64,000 nucleotides of DNA from Felis catus (taxonomy: Eukaryota), in NCBI RefSeq assembly GCF_018350175.1, contig NC_058368.1, positions 233,370,001 through 233,434,000 of the forward strand. Reading direction: 5' to 3'. How positions within the stretch are numbered: position 1 is the first letter of the stretch; each line of letters opens with the position of its first letter. Below are positions 26,701-39,680 of the stretch, piece after piece. A program made the position numbers and the translations under genes. The notes under the pieces are model-generated. The model was given only the letters and a program-made list of their open reading frames with translations. It did no database searches and was not told the DNA's origin.

Positions 26701-26844
26701 GACCTCCTGGCGGGACCCCAGGCGGCCTGCCGCACCCAGCACGCTTCCAGTAAGAGGAGGGGCGATGTCCAGCCCCTCACCCCCTCCCTGGTGCTTTCTA
26801 GCCAATGTCAACATTAAATGTGCTATTTGGTGCTCACTCTGTGC

Positions 26845-26967
26845 TTATGATGAGAGTATTATCACTGCTCCCATTTTACAGATGAAGAAACTGAGGCACT
26901 TGAGAGCTTAGGTGCTGTGCTGAAGGCCATTTAGCCGTAACTGGCAGAGATGGGATGTGAACTCCTG
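26845..26967 (-). mobile_element. MIR SINE fragment
   Basis: Core 'cccattttacagatgaagaaactgaggcac'. Confidence 0.8.
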
Positions 26968-27933
26968 AAAGCTTGCTCTGTGGTATTTTCTACTTCTTCT
27001 CTTATGATAGAAAGTTGGGGACTTTGAGACCTGGCAGGGACAACCACTAGGCAGTGGGCTCCGAGTCACTCCCTCTGGGGGCCCGGTCCAAGTGAAAATA
27101 CACCCCCCCCCCACAAAAACGTGCTACAGGAAAATACCACTTCAGGCCTTGTCACCTGAGATCGTTTGTACTCTAGTGTCATCAAGGTTGACCTTCTCTG
27201 TGTCCGCGATGGCAAACACAGGCCTCTGCTCACAGTGAGAGCTCAGATATGTGTTTCTCACTGTAGACACATCTGCTGACTCACCGTAAGTTAGGAATAT
27301 GAAAGAAATTTCACGATGTCTCATTTCATAAGCCGTTTCTACGCTAAAACGACACTCCCGTCTTTCCAATTCTAGTTAAATATCCGTTCCTTTAGACGCT
27401 CCAAGAAATCCCCATTTGCATCCTCAAGAGAGCAGACTTTGGTCTGTGACCTGATCTTGTATGGACAACTTCTAAACTCTGTCCATCTCCCATCTTTGAA
27501 ATTCCAAGGCCCTTTACAGGCACTCAGGGAAGTTTCCAGCAATGAAACAGTGGACGTGCGGTATGCATGCCTTAATGGTGCCCCTTGATTCAGTCTCTGT
27601 GGTGTGCTGGTAAGGCAGGCGGCCCTTCACACCACGGAGAGGCCACTTTTGTGACTTGTTTGGAAGCCCAGGGCCTCACATGGCACCCTGAGAGTGTCAC
27701 GTGATGGGGGAAGGAAAGCCAGGAATGATGAATCAACACTCAAGCTAACACGTTCGGAGGTGATTCGAACTCACTATTCCCAGTTGGCCCATCATTATCT
27801 TTGAAGAACAGACCAATTCAGGCCAACAGGACACCAGGAGCACTGAGGCGTTTGAAGGCTCCCAGGCCCCCCCAGACCCCCCCAGCCGGGACCTCCTCGC
27901 CCTGCCCCTGCCCGCTGCCCCAGCGTGCCCCAC

Positions 27934-28092
27934 CTCGTTCTTCAGGCTCCGGGCCAGGAAATGTTCGGCCACGTGCGCGGGCAGCACGTTCTCCAGCAGC
28001 ACGCGGTTCAAGTTCTCCATGGTTTCTATCTCCTCCCGCTCTTTTTTGAACTTGTTCTTCCACAAGAAGTCTAACCTACAGTAATATTCATT
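27934..28092 (-). CDS. ADCY2: Adenylate cyclase 2, coding exon (~exon 20), helical linker and start of C2a
   Basis: 159 nt; acceptor ...gtaacag|AAT, donor GAG|gtgggg; NEYYCRLDFLWKNKFKKEREEIETMENLNRVLLENVLPAHVAEHFLARSLKNE. Confidence 0.97.
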
Positions 28093-29019
28093 CTGTTACA
28101 AGAGGACACAGAGGTAAAGAACCAATAGGCATCTCGTCCTGCCAGAGAGCGGAGGTTTTAAAGAGAAAATAAAAAGAACAAAAACAAAACTGAAAACAGA
28201 ACCCCCACACAGAACTGCCACCCACCCTATGGAGCCCGCTGCTCCCCGCAAATGTCTGTCACCCGACCCCTCACCCGGATCTGCAAAGAAGCAGGTGCGG
28301 GAAAGCGCCAGCCTCAGGAACAGGGAAACAGGCATGTAAGTGACACGGGCGCTTCTGGCCAAGTTATGTTAATAAAAGGTGCCTTGAATTATCTTTTGAG
28401 AAGAGGCATAATAGAACATAAACAATGAAAAAATGAAAAACGGGAAATACGTTAGTAGAAAGAGGGCACTGTTTGATAATTTGCATTCACAAAATAATCG
28501 TGCTCAGGCATGGCACTTTGCCTGTATTATCTAGAAATCAGTTTTCCCCTACCACAAATTCTGTAATTAGGAATTCATTGAAAATTTTGTACTTTTTCAT
28601 CTGGGATTGCATTGTCCTCAGAGAATGACATTCTGTTTACCCCAAACGTTCGTTCTGGTATCATTTAATTAAGACGGTGCCTGCTGCTAGAAACACGCAT
28701 TCGTGCTTTATGATGTCGCACAATTTAATGTTTTCTTAAAACGGTTTCTTAAAAACTGTTTTAATTGACATTGTAGAAACAGAGTGGCCTGTTTGCTGGC
28801 CAAGGTGTCTTTGATTCTGGCATCACGTTGGGTCTCCTGTGATGTCAAGAATTTACTATGGTGGAACAGCCCTTGAAAGAATCTTCCTGTAACAGAAGGG
28901 CCTAATGGACGAGGCGTATTTCAGCACAGAGACTAACTTCCTGACGAAAACATGCAAAGAAGAAATAAATGCTGCAAGCTTGTTTGTTTTATTGGTTTGG
29001 CTATTTATACTGATGCAGT

Positions 29020-29276
29020 ACACGGGCACACACATACACACGTGTGCGCACACAAGTGCACACACGTGTGCACACTGCACACGCGCGCACACCTGTGTTC
29101 ACACATACAGGCACACACATACACCTGCATGCTCACACATGCACACACGTGCGCACACACACGTATGTGCGCACAGAGCCTCTTACACACAGACACACAA
29201 GTGCACACGTGCATGCACACACATACACTCACATGTGCACACACACTCACACACACACACAGCCTCTTATGCACAG
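29020..29276. repeat. Imperfect (CA/CG/TG) alternating purine-pyrimidine repeat
   Basis: cacacatacacacgtgtgcgcacacaagtgcacacacgtgtg... over ~255 nt. Confidence 0.93.
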
Positions 29277-30004
29277 ATGGCAACTTAAAAAAATTCACAT
29301 TTTGGAACCTGAAAGACAGTGACCATTCATCAATGAGACTCGATTCAAGCCATGTGCGATATGCTCAAAAATTGTTCCTCCTCCTCCTCCGGTGTGAAAT
29401 TTATTTTTACTTCATATAGAGACATTTTTTAAAAAGATTTCAGAAGAGGTATTCTTAATGTTTGTTTATATTAAATTTTTTACATTAACGCCAAAGCTGC
29501 CACATTCTGTAACCTACAGGAATCGTACTCTGCCCTTGCTGGAAAAGGGCTCCCACTTGGACAACAGATTATTCGGGTTTTGGGGGCACACCAGTGGTGT
29601 GGCCGGTTTTAAACTCAAAGACTACTCAGCAGTCCATGACGGTGGCATCAGGAAGACACGGACACACCCTCGAGACGGACAAAGTGAAACAAGGAGAAGT
29701 GGCACAGGGCAGGCAGCAAGCCCAGCGCGTGGGTCTGGCGGGGCTTCCGTGAGCCGTACTAGAGGTGGCTCAGGTCGCCTGAGTGATGCCACCGCATCAC
29801 AGGAAACACCTGGTAAGGCTCCCACTAAAGGAATCGGAGCACTCTGGGACCATCTCCACTGGCCTGAAAGTGACATTTTGCCAAGTCTGTGCATCCCACC
29901 TCCCCAGTGCCGTCTGCTGCGGGACCCTCTCCTGAAGGACAAGCTCATTGGAAACTCATGGGGAGGCCCCCGAAGGAAGACCGATGTTTCCATCCCAAGC
30001 CAGT

Positions 30005-30245
30005 CGAATGGATCCACTGGTGTCCCCCAGAAAGACAGTTCCAAGTCCTCACCTGCAATATGACTGTGACCTTCTCTGGAAATAGGCTCTGCAGGTGTAA
30101 TTGACTTAAGGACCTCAGGAGGAGATCCTGCTGCATTTAGGGTGGCCCGTGAGCCCAGTGACTATGTCCTTCTAAGAGAAAGAGGGGGATCTGACACAGA
30201 CACGCAGGGGGAGGCCATGTGGAGGATGCGGCGGAGGGTCGGGGA
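30005..30245 (+). mobile_element. MaLR LTR fragment (MLT1C/D-like)
   Basis: 'gtgaccttctctggaaatagg...gcaggtgtaattgacttaagg...tagggtggccc...gtccttctaagagaaagagg'. Confidence 0.75.
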
Positions 30246-32961
30246 AGACACTGCCTCCGAGACTCTGGGTGGCACTTCAAGTAAACCTGCTGAACCTCCG
30301 TCCCTACACCCTCACCCATCTCGCCGAGTCCGTCTGGGGCTACTCGACAGTACGCAGAGGGGCAAATTCGCTCTTCATCTGCTCTGGCAATGACAAGAGG
30401 GGACAGGGAGAGCCCGTAAGAGGCACCCAGGCCATCTCTGGGAGCCTCACTGTTGTGTTTCACACCCAACACGGCCTCGAGGGCAGTTCTTATTCATGCA
30501 GTTCTGAAAACAAGCCGGGGAACTGGAGGGGCTGACCTCTTTCTACACGGACAGGGGTGTGGGCAGCGTGTGATTCCCCACACTCCCAGGTTCTGATCTG
30601 AAGCCTTGCACACGGTGACCTCAGCCTACCTCTCGGGCCACCAGGCTACCACCTGTCTGGATCCACGTCCTGAACAAGCCCACCTAGAATGCAGACCCTC
30701 AATGGCAGCGTGGTCATTTAAACTCGGGACAAGTACAGAGAATCTTCCGTTTTCAAAAGAGGCCCTTAAGCTCAGGCTGGCATCCCTGTCACAGCCTGTA
30801 TTTCAGCACAGAGAGTAGTACACCATGCACAGCTCTTGTCCGGGACACGGGCTATGGTTTCAGGAAGGTGTCTTAGACTCCCAGAACGATACTTAGCATG
30901 CTAACTTGCTCAGAGAGGAAACACATCACTATCGTTTCAAAAACCATGGTCATGGGCCTGGGGAGTCATCGGGACAAATGACAATGAAAATAAGTGGCAA
31001 AATGTCTGTCCTGCTGCTTAAATAAACCACCTCGGGCATAAGTAGCCCTGAGGCCATGCACATTTATGAAACTTAAAAACCTTATTTTAAACATCGGACA
31101 TTTGTTTATGACATACTTGTATTTTTAGAAGAGTATGTGGAAGCACTATGTCACAGGCTTTGAACTTCTTGTTAGCCCAACAGACTTGGGACCTTAGTAG
31201 ATCGCTGACTGAATGATCCTGGCTCACCCTGGCACATTCTCGGTGCGAGCTGTCAAAGAATGATCGTCACACCATCACTCCTGTAGGGAGCAGTGACTCT
31301 AAGCATGGACAGTACTTATTGTCACAGTAGTGACAATAAAAGAACTGAATGCGTGTAAGACTGGAGTCATCCCTATTGTGTTAAATTAATGTCCGACCAT
31401 AATACTGAACACTTCTTATTGTTCATCTTATGCCAAAGAGTAACAGGTCAAGGGGCAGCCGCTGGATGTGACATCTACGTAGAGGCATGTTTATCATCTC
31501 AGCGATCAATAAAGAGTTGGGAGAATTCAATTTGATTCTTGGTCCTTAAGATACACTGCTGTGAAGCAATCTGGTGACTACAGTAGGAGAAAGTGCAGAC
31601 GGAACATCCTTGGGACGAAATGGAGAAACAGGGGACCCCACAGAGGGGGCGGCCATGTTTCCGGAGGAATGATCAGCTAGGGGATATTACGCAAGGAAGC
31701 CCATTTCGTTCCCATTTTTCACTTCTAACAGGGTTTCCTGAGAGTGGACATGCCTTTTCTCTATGAGTGAGAACAGAAAGCAGGTCAACGGAGGAGAAAG
31801 CCAGGTGGCAAGAAACAAATGGAACCAGGAAGAAAGAACAGGACACGGTTCAATGGGTTAATCGGAACGTGCAGACTGTCAAAGCTACAAGCCAAAGGAT
31901 GCAGAACGAAGCTGTGCCAGGGATGGAGGTGGGGTGGGATGGAAGGGAGACAGGGGTCTTCTAGAGCTCTGCATCAGGACAACAATTCAGCTCCTGGGAG
32001 ACTGGGGTGGGATGCACTGTAGCTCTCAGGGAAGCATGCCGTGGGTGCTCCTTGGAAGAGGACAGCGTTTCCAGGCCACTCGACTGGCAGCCACAGATCC
32101 GGCCTCTGCTCTGACTGTGTGACTGTTAACAACTTGCTACAGTTTAACTGTTTAGTGCTGTGTCGATGATTAAATTGGCTTTGCATCTTAGTTGGTTATT
32201 TCTCCATATATTGTTCCTTTGTTTCACATCATCCATCAAAGAATTCCAAGCAAACTTTGGTGAAGGCAGAGTGCCTGGCATGCAATGAGTCTATATCCTT
32301 TGGGCAATCGTGCTCGTGTGCAGCTAGAGAAAGAATATCGTCCTTGAAAATCCTGCACCCACAGCCTCTCCTTGGAGACCAGAAGGAGTGGGGAGTGCAA
32401 GGAGGCAGTTTCATTCTCATGACAAAATACAATTTTTGAACAGAGGACCGTATTTCTAGGAATGATTTCAGGTGACGTCAAAGGTATTCATACCCACTTC
32501 TAAGAAAAAGAAACAGGCCATCCACTCTGAAATGCAAATAAAATCCCAGACGAGGGGACAGTTTTACAAATAGCGTCAGCTATGGAGGGATCACCTTTGT
32601 CGGCTTACAAAACCTACAACGTTATTTTGAGATTTACCAGGAAATGGATTCCCATCTCTACCATTCACCAAGTTTGCCTCTTGCAGAAAAAAAAAAAAAA
32701 AAAAAAGAGAGACCTCTGTCCTTTTGTCTATATTTACGCACGCACACACACGTTTCTCTCTGGTGATAAAATGATTGTGACACATCAGCATTTGTTCGCA
32801 TGAAAGCAGCTACAGCGCACATCAGCAAAGTATTTTCATTGTTATTACTGAATAGACTCTGTTGTTTTTTTTTTTTTGAAATCGAGGTAGAGTCAACATA
32901 CGAGCAACGTATTATTAACATGGAACTTGGGGGAAGTTATGTGAAAAAGCAGATGTCTTAC

Positions 32962-33046
32962 CTGTCTACCCAGAACAAGCAGTGTGATGAAAAATATAAA
33001 GAGAGACACTGAGCCCATGGTCTTCAGGTCTTTCCAAATGCCTGGT
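32962..33046 (-). CDS. ADCY2: Adenylate cyclase 2, coding exon (~exon 19), last transmembrane helix
   Basis: 85 nt, phase 2/0, completing the split Arg codon AG|A; acceptor ...ctaatag|A, donor CAG|gtaaga; (R)PGIWKDLKTMGSVSLFIFFITLLVLGRQ. Confidence 0.96.
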
Positions 33047-33674
33047 CTATTAGAGAACAAACAGACAGACAGACAAAAACAATACAAAACAACATACATA
33101 CGGCACTTAGAATTTGTATATCAACCAACTTGAGAACCTCCACTGCATGTTCTAGTCCAGCCAAACACACACCTTTCAAATACATCTCCAAGCCCAGATT
33201 GCAGCAAAACAAAATAATCCCTATTTTGAAAGCTCAGTAAAAGATCCTCCCAAATTAACATAGATGTGTTACTTTCTACCAAACTCTAACAAACATAAAA
33301 GAACAGAGGAACGTGCATCGTAGTATTTTCTTTACACTTCTGAGATCCATATGGATAATCTGACATTGGATACTGACTTTTGAAGTTACCACTCTCAGAA
33401 AGAGACCGTCTTCTAGAAATTAACAACCGTGGGAGGGAGAAAAAAGAAGCAGGGAACTTCATTCCACCAGCTACCCTCACCTGCAAATTATATAATTGCT
33501 CATAACTTCTTTGGTAGGCGCTCGGTCTTATGTTCTCTTTTGTATGGGTTTGTACCACAGATGGCAATTCTTGGTCCACTGCCCCGTTTCTTCTCGGGTC
33601 CAGGTAGACGTCAGTCATCAATCCCCGTCCGTGTCCTCACCACAACATTCCAGAAAACCATCACCCCGCATATG

Positions 33675-34116
33675 GAGTTGGCATGCGTGGTGGGCACGGG
33701 ATGCCCAGACATTTTACTCAACTGTCACTCTGGGTGTTTCTGCGAGAGTGTTTTTTGGATGGGGTTCACATTTGAAGCAGTGAGCTGAGTGACGCCCTGC
33801 GTAATTCGGGTCGGCCTCATCCAATCAGCTGAGGGCTTAACTAGAAGGAAGGGCTGACCTGCCCCTGAGTGAGACAGAATTCTCTCTTGCCCGACTGCCT
33901 CTGATCTGAAGCACTGGCTCTTCCTGGCTCTACAGCAGCTTCTGGCCCTCAGGCTCCAACTGGGACATTCGCCATGCAGATTTTGGACTCGCCAGCCTCC
34001 ATAGCCACGGGAGCCAGTTCCTTATGATAAACCTCTTGCTTGATATACGTATATTACATATATCATATACCAATATCCTACGGGTGCCGTTTCTCTGGAG
34101 AACCCTGGCTAATCCA
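33675..34116 (+). mobile_element. ERVL solo LTR (MLT2-like)
   Basis: 'ggatgcccagacatt...tctgggtgtttctgcgagagtgttt', 'ggcctcatccaatcagctgagggctt', 3' 'gtttctctggagaaccctggctaatcca'. Confidence 0.85.
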
Positions 34117-36119
34117 GCAGGGAAGGAGCTACCTCCTGTCATCCCCAGGGAGTCCCGCCTAGCAGACAGATGACCATCTCCCACACGTGATAGGACTTCA
34201 AAAGCTGATTATGGATGGAGACATACCACATAAGCAGCATAGGTCATGTTTAATTAAATTAAGTAAGCACCAGGCCATCACCTTCTGCTTGTGGGTTGAG
34301 CTTGCTTTAAGACTTTCCCATCTCTCTACAGACGGTTCAAGGAATGAACCCTCTGATGACATGTGAGGAATCCACGTGGTAGCAAAAGAGCTCAGGTGGG
34401 CTTTGGAGGAAGACAACCCAGGTCGGACTGGAGTGTCCCTCCCTCCCCTGCCCTGTTGATTTGTGGCACGTAGGACTGACCCCTCCAAACCTCACTCTTA
34501 CCATCAGCCAGAGCGGGTAACAATACCCATCTTCCAGGCTGTTTTGGTCACTATGCCAACCACTGATGACCTGGCACAGAGCCTGACGCATGGGAGGCAC
34601 TTCATAAGTGGCACCCATGAGTTTTAGTGAGGGTCGGGGCTAGAGAGGTCGTGAAAAAGATAAGAAAATGGAGGTTGGTGAATTATCATTAACAGAAGGC
34701 AAGATCCAAGTGCAAGGGAAACCTCGATTCCTTGCAGACAGGAAGAGGCAGAATAGCCAGTCTCGGGGGTCGAAGGGCTCAGGACCTCAGAGAACTCTCC
34801 AGAAAGGCCGGGCTTGCATGAGGGGCTCGTTCCTCCTTGCTGAACCGGCTGGGCTCAAGCAGGTGAGCTCCTCAGCCGTAAGGCGTAAGGCTGTCGCCGG
34901 TTTCTCCAGTAAACAGGAAGGCGCCACATCCGTTTCCCCAGAATGGATCCTAAGAAATGAAGTTGCTCCTTCACGAGCCTGTGACAGCTGTGTCTAAAAG
35001 CGCAGCTGCAGTGGCTGAGGAGAGCAGATGTTCATCAACAACGTCGGCTGCAATGAATATTAAACCTTATTTTTCTATATTGACTCTAGTGACACCATTT
35101 TGCCAGTTAGCAAAAGCGGTACAACGCAGCGAGCGTTCTCAGATGTGCAGGCGGGTTTTAAATGTTCGTGTTGCTTCGCAAACCTTCCATTCTTTTATAA
35201 TTCTAGGGGTCTCAGGACCCCTACCCCAACCCTGTTTCACGTAAGGTCATGTTGTGAGGTAGAGGAGGTTAGGACTTCACCCCACCCCCGGAACTCCCAA
35301 ACAAAGAGTCAAACGTTAACTCCCGGGTCAGGACCTTGCTGCAAGTTCATCTATGCGGCCAATCGGAACTCAGGTCCCCTCTTGCATGCCCGGCTAAGAG
35401 ACCAGATGTCCCAACCATGCAGAGCCAGTTCAGGTCCCTCTCAGGGATGGAAACGGGGAGGTAGGGCCCTCTGTATGCAGTCAGGAGCCTGGCTGGGTTT
35501 CCAGTTAATCACACAGAAAATACAGGCAAGCGATCCTACCTGGGACTCCTCACATGAATGCATGTGAACATTGGTTTAGGGGGTAGAAATGCTCTGCTCC
35601 ACCGTCTCCCAGATCTGGAGCCTTAGTGGGGAAGAGCGATGGGAGGGGTGGGGGCCTCGAGGGAGAAGGACAAGGGGAGACGAGACAAGTGGTTGCTGGA
35701 TGGGACTGAACGGGCCTCAGAAGTAGCAAGACGCATCAGCATGTAGAACAGACCTGTGGGCACACGAATGCCTTTCTCCCTCCTGACCCTCTCTGCCACC
35801 TAAGAAGGATTGCGCGGTGCTTTCATGGATTTCATTTAGGCTCCTCAAAAACGTCTTTTATTCATCCAGCCAAAAAGAATGGCTGATTCCTACAGGAGCC
35901 CTTGTCTCCCGTGTGGACCATGCATGGGTGAGTGCCATATGGCTCCTGCAGCTTGAATGAGAAATCTGTCCATCCACAGATGCATTCTTGGGTTACCTTG
36001 CTCTTTGTGTGCATGTGGGAGAGGCTGGGAGGAAGGGGAGTATGTAGCACGGAGCGAGCATCCAGAATAGGCAGAATGGAATCCCAGGAGCTAGTCCATT
36101 CCATTGTGTTGATCATCAC

Positions 36120-36785
36120 GTTCCATCAGGTTCCTAGAGCTTCTAAAAACAAGGTACTGTAAGCTGGGTGGCTCAAAACAATGGAAGTTGATCATTTCAC
36201 AGTTCTGGAAGCCAGATGTCTGTCTGCAGTCAAGGTGTTGGCAGGACAGTGCTCCCTCTGAAGCCCATAGGGACATCCTTCCTCGCCTCATTCTGGTGCT
36301 CGCCAATCCCTGGTGTTCCTTGGCTCACCACCACATCATTTCAACGTCTGCCTCCACCAACAAATGACGTTCTCTCAATGAGTCTGTGTCTTCACACGGT
36401 CATATTAAAAAAAAGATTTTTTTTAATGTTCATTTTTGAGTTAGAGCATGAGTTGGGAAGGGGCAGAGAGAGGGGGAGACACAGAATCCGAAGCAGGATC
36501 CAGGCTCCGAGCTGTCAGCATGGAGCCCGACGTGGGACTCAAAGCCACAAACCGCAAGATCATGACATGAGCCAGAGTCAGATGCTTAACCGACTAAGCC
36601 ATCAAGATGGCCATCTTCTTATAAGGACACCAGTCATGCTGGATTAGGGCCCATCCCACTCCAGTAGGACTTCATTCAACGAAATAATCTGCAACAACCC
36701 TACTCCAAGTAAGGTCATGTTGTGAGGTGGCCGAGGTTACGACTTCACCATGTCTTCTTTGAGGGACACAATTCCACCTATAACC
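36120..36785 (-). mobile_element. MaLR solo LTR (MLT1C-like) containing a CanSINE
   Basis: 'ctgggtggctcaaaacaatggaag...cacagttctggaagccag', 'ataaggacaccagtcatgctggattagggccc', 'gagggacacaattccacc'. Confidence 0.85.
36407..36608 (-). mobile_element. CanSINE nested in the MLT1 LTR
   Basis: gacacagaatccgaagcaggatccaggctccgagctgtcagc body. Confidence 0.9.
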
Positions 36786-37401
36786 ATCGTGTTGGTCATT
36801 TATGTAAAAATGGCAGCTGGCTGGGTGGGAGGCCTCCTTCTCTCTCTCTGTTCTTTAAGTATTAAGGTTGCAATCCACTTTGGACTTGCCCTTGTCCCGC
36901 TGGGCTATCCCAGAGTGATGAGGTAGGGGTCACAGCGCTGACAGAACTGAGAAAGTTTCTAACTCAGGGACAGTTCTAGCAAAAATGTGACAGGATATGG
37001 TTCCTTTCACACCTAAAAACTGGACCCTGGAGACTCAGATGCCAAACGAGCCTGGGGCCACACACTAATTTACAGCTGGCCCTCACCCTGAGGCTGTTAA
37101 TGGAGCAATCATTCCGGCCCTCAAGTTTTCAGAGGACAAAAGAACAAAGAACCCTAAAAATTTGGATGAGGAATTGCCTGGTGGACCAGCTCTAACCTAA
37201 AGGCCAACGGTTCAGGTGAGGTACAAAGGACATTCTTCAATCTCGGGAGAGAGAGCAGTCCAGGCACGGAGACTTAACCATGATCTCCCATTTAAAATCT
37301 TTATGTTTCCCTAGCGGGAACAGGCCTCTATTATCTTAAGAAGACAAATGCCTAAAGGAACTCAGGATTATAGAGTAGGTCTATTTTAAACTTCCAGGTA
37401 G

Positions 37402-37492
37402 TTCCAGAGCGGCTGCACCAGTTTGCATTCCCACCAACAGTGCCTGAGGGTTCCCCTCTTTCCACATCCTCACCAACACCTGTTGTTTCTTT
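37402..37492 (-). mobile_element. Short L1 ORF2 3' fragment
   Basis: 'ttccagagcggctgcaccagtttgcattcccaccaacagtgc...ccacatcctcaccaacacctgttgtttct'. Confidence 0.8.
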
Positions 37493-37516
37493 AAAAAAAA
37501 AAAACAAAAAAACCGT

Positions 37517-37745
37517 GTTTTAAAAATATTTATTTATTTATTTATTTTGAGAGGGAGGGAGAGAGTGCACATACCTACAAGCAGGGGTGAGGAGGCAGAC
37601 AGAGAGAGGGAGAAAGAATCCCGAGTAGGCTTCATGCTGTCAGCGCAAAGTCTGATGTGGGGCTCGATCTCACGAGCGGTCAGATCGCGACCTGAGCCGA
37701 AACCACGGGTCGGTCGTTTAACCCACGGGGCCACCCAGGCGCCCC
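37517..37745 (-). mobile_element. CanSINE
   Basis: Full body ending ...ccacccaggcgcccc. Confidence 0.92.
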
Positions 37746-39179
37746 TGGTGCTGACGTTTTTTTACTCCTGCAGCCAGACTTGCCTTTTGGGTGGACAATT
37801 CAGTCCATCTGCACCGAGAGTAATGTTGGTTGGCAAGGACTTACTCATGCCCCCTCACCAAGGGTTCTCTGGCTGTTCGCTACTTCCTCTGCAAATTTCT
37901 TCTTCGAGGTTTTCTGTTCCTTGAAGTTGTACACGGCTCTCTTCACACCCGAAAGGGCAGTCCCCTCCTGGAGCGCTTATGAACGGCCCCTCGGACAGAA
38001 ACAACTTGGGGCTTCCTGAGACTGGCTGTGGTCACGGCTGCTGCACGATCCTTGCCCCCTCCCGTGGCCCAGTTCTCAAGCTGCGAGCCATCTCTCCGCC
38101 TGGCCGTGCACCGGGCAGAGTACTGACGGCCTCCTTCGGTTTGCTCTGACAAACCTTGCTCAGGTTCGAGTCTGTCGTCTGTCTCTCCCTGGTCCTCAGA
38201 TCCGCACCGGCTTTCTGCCCAAGTTGGCAGTCTCCTCCACCACTGGGAGCGCGGGCGGGGAGCCGGCTGCGGGGTCGGGGTGCGAGGGCGGCGCGTGGAG
38301 CCCAGTGGGGAGCCCGTGGGCCCGCTGCGGGGGGTCCACAGGCGAGGTGTTCCCAGTGTCCCCCCGGTGGGCTTCCCGACGGATGCCTCGATGCAGCTAG
38401 TGGGATCTGCATCTCCGTCGGGCCCGTCGAGAGTCCCTGTCTGTCCCCCGCCCGGCCGCTCACCGTCCCTGTCACGCAGCTCAGGACTCAGCACCGTGCA
38501 CGGGGCCAGGAAGGAGCCTCCCTGGCAGCATCTGGCACGGTGGCAGCAGTGGGGGCTTGCTCGCATGGGCCTCGGCTGTGCCACCCTGGGGGAGGCGGGG
38601 AGTAGAGTCAGGCCGGTCCTCTTAGCTACTTCAGTGCATTCAGACTTGCAAGGTTTTCCCAGAAGCGTGCTGGGACTTCTGCTCTGGAAACCGGACTCGC
38701 ACAAAGGCTCCGTCATCTGTGGGTGACTGGCCGAGTGTTCTCCAGAGGCTCCCGGACCACGTCCCAGAGGGGTTTGAGCTGGTTCACGGCCACGGCGGCG
38801 TGAACGCCTGGGGTCCGTACGCCTATCATCTGACGCGTGGGGGCATGAGATGCCTCTCGGACCCTTTGGCATATGCTGCTGAATCCCTCAGCTCCCACAA
38901 GGGCACTTTGTCCCTGCACAGATGCCAAATCACTGTTACAGAGGTTGGGGGAGGGGCCAACACGAGAGACACGTTGTTCTGCCGTGATGCTGGAGTCATC
39001 TGTCTCCTGCGCTTGGGAATCCTCATAGTTCTCAAACGCCTTCCCGACGTGAGTCAACGCTGGGCCCCAACACAAGCCGGCCGACACGCTCTCTCCTTTT
39101 CTAGGCGTGCGGCATGAACTCAACCCCGACAGACGAGTCTCCCGCGAGCCTTCCCGTGAGACACGATCTTCTCAGAGAG

Positions 39180-39290
39180 ACTCTGTGATCTTCTTGACGG
39201 TAGAAACTGTACTTTCTTCGTCTCCGTGCGCTCAGGCTCCAGCAGTGAGGCCCGGCATACAGCGGGTGTTCAATAGAAGTGTGTTTTAAA
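39180..39290 (+). mobile_element. L2 LINE 3' end fragment
   Basis: Minus strand reads 'ttctattgaacacccgctgtatgccggg...gagacgaagaaagtacagtttctaccgtcaagaagatcacag', resembling the complement of the L2 3' tail. Confidence 0.55.
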
Positions 39291-39472
39291 AACACCTGAG
39301 TGAGGGGACACATAATCGTGCTGGTTTGAAACCCCAGGGGCCTCCTTTCTAGACACTCTTTCCTCTCCTGGCTGGACACGGATCCCCTGGAACCCGCAGC
39401 AGTCCTCCAGGGCGGGTGGCCCAATGTCACCCAAGGACAGAGGGCCCCGAGCCTATGCTTTCTCAGAGCATC

Positions 39473-39680
39473 TTTTTTTAAGGTTATTTATTTATTTTGA
39501 CAGAGACAACGTGCAAGGAGGGGAGGGGCAGAGACAGAGAGGAAGAGTGAGAATCCCAAGCAGGCTCCACGCTGTCGGAACAGAGCCCAACACAGGACTC
39601 CATCCCACGGACCGAGAGATCGTGACCTGAGTCGAAATCAAGAGTCGGTCGCTCAACTGGCTGAGCCACCCAGGCACCCC
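39473..39680 (-). mobile_element. CanSINE
   Basis: Full body ending ...gagccacccaggcacccc. Confidence 0.92.

Noticed and set aside
28856..29419. His/Thr- or Cys/Val-rich ORFs
   Set aside because: Products of the (CA)n-like repeat.
38488..38507. REST/NRSE-like tcagcaccgtgcacggggcc
   Set aside because: The essential GGACAG half-site has two mismatches.
37943..38872. 309-aa ORF as an intact nested gene
   Set aside because: The hAT-like motifs are spread over several frames, and high GC suppresses stops; treated as a decayed remnant.
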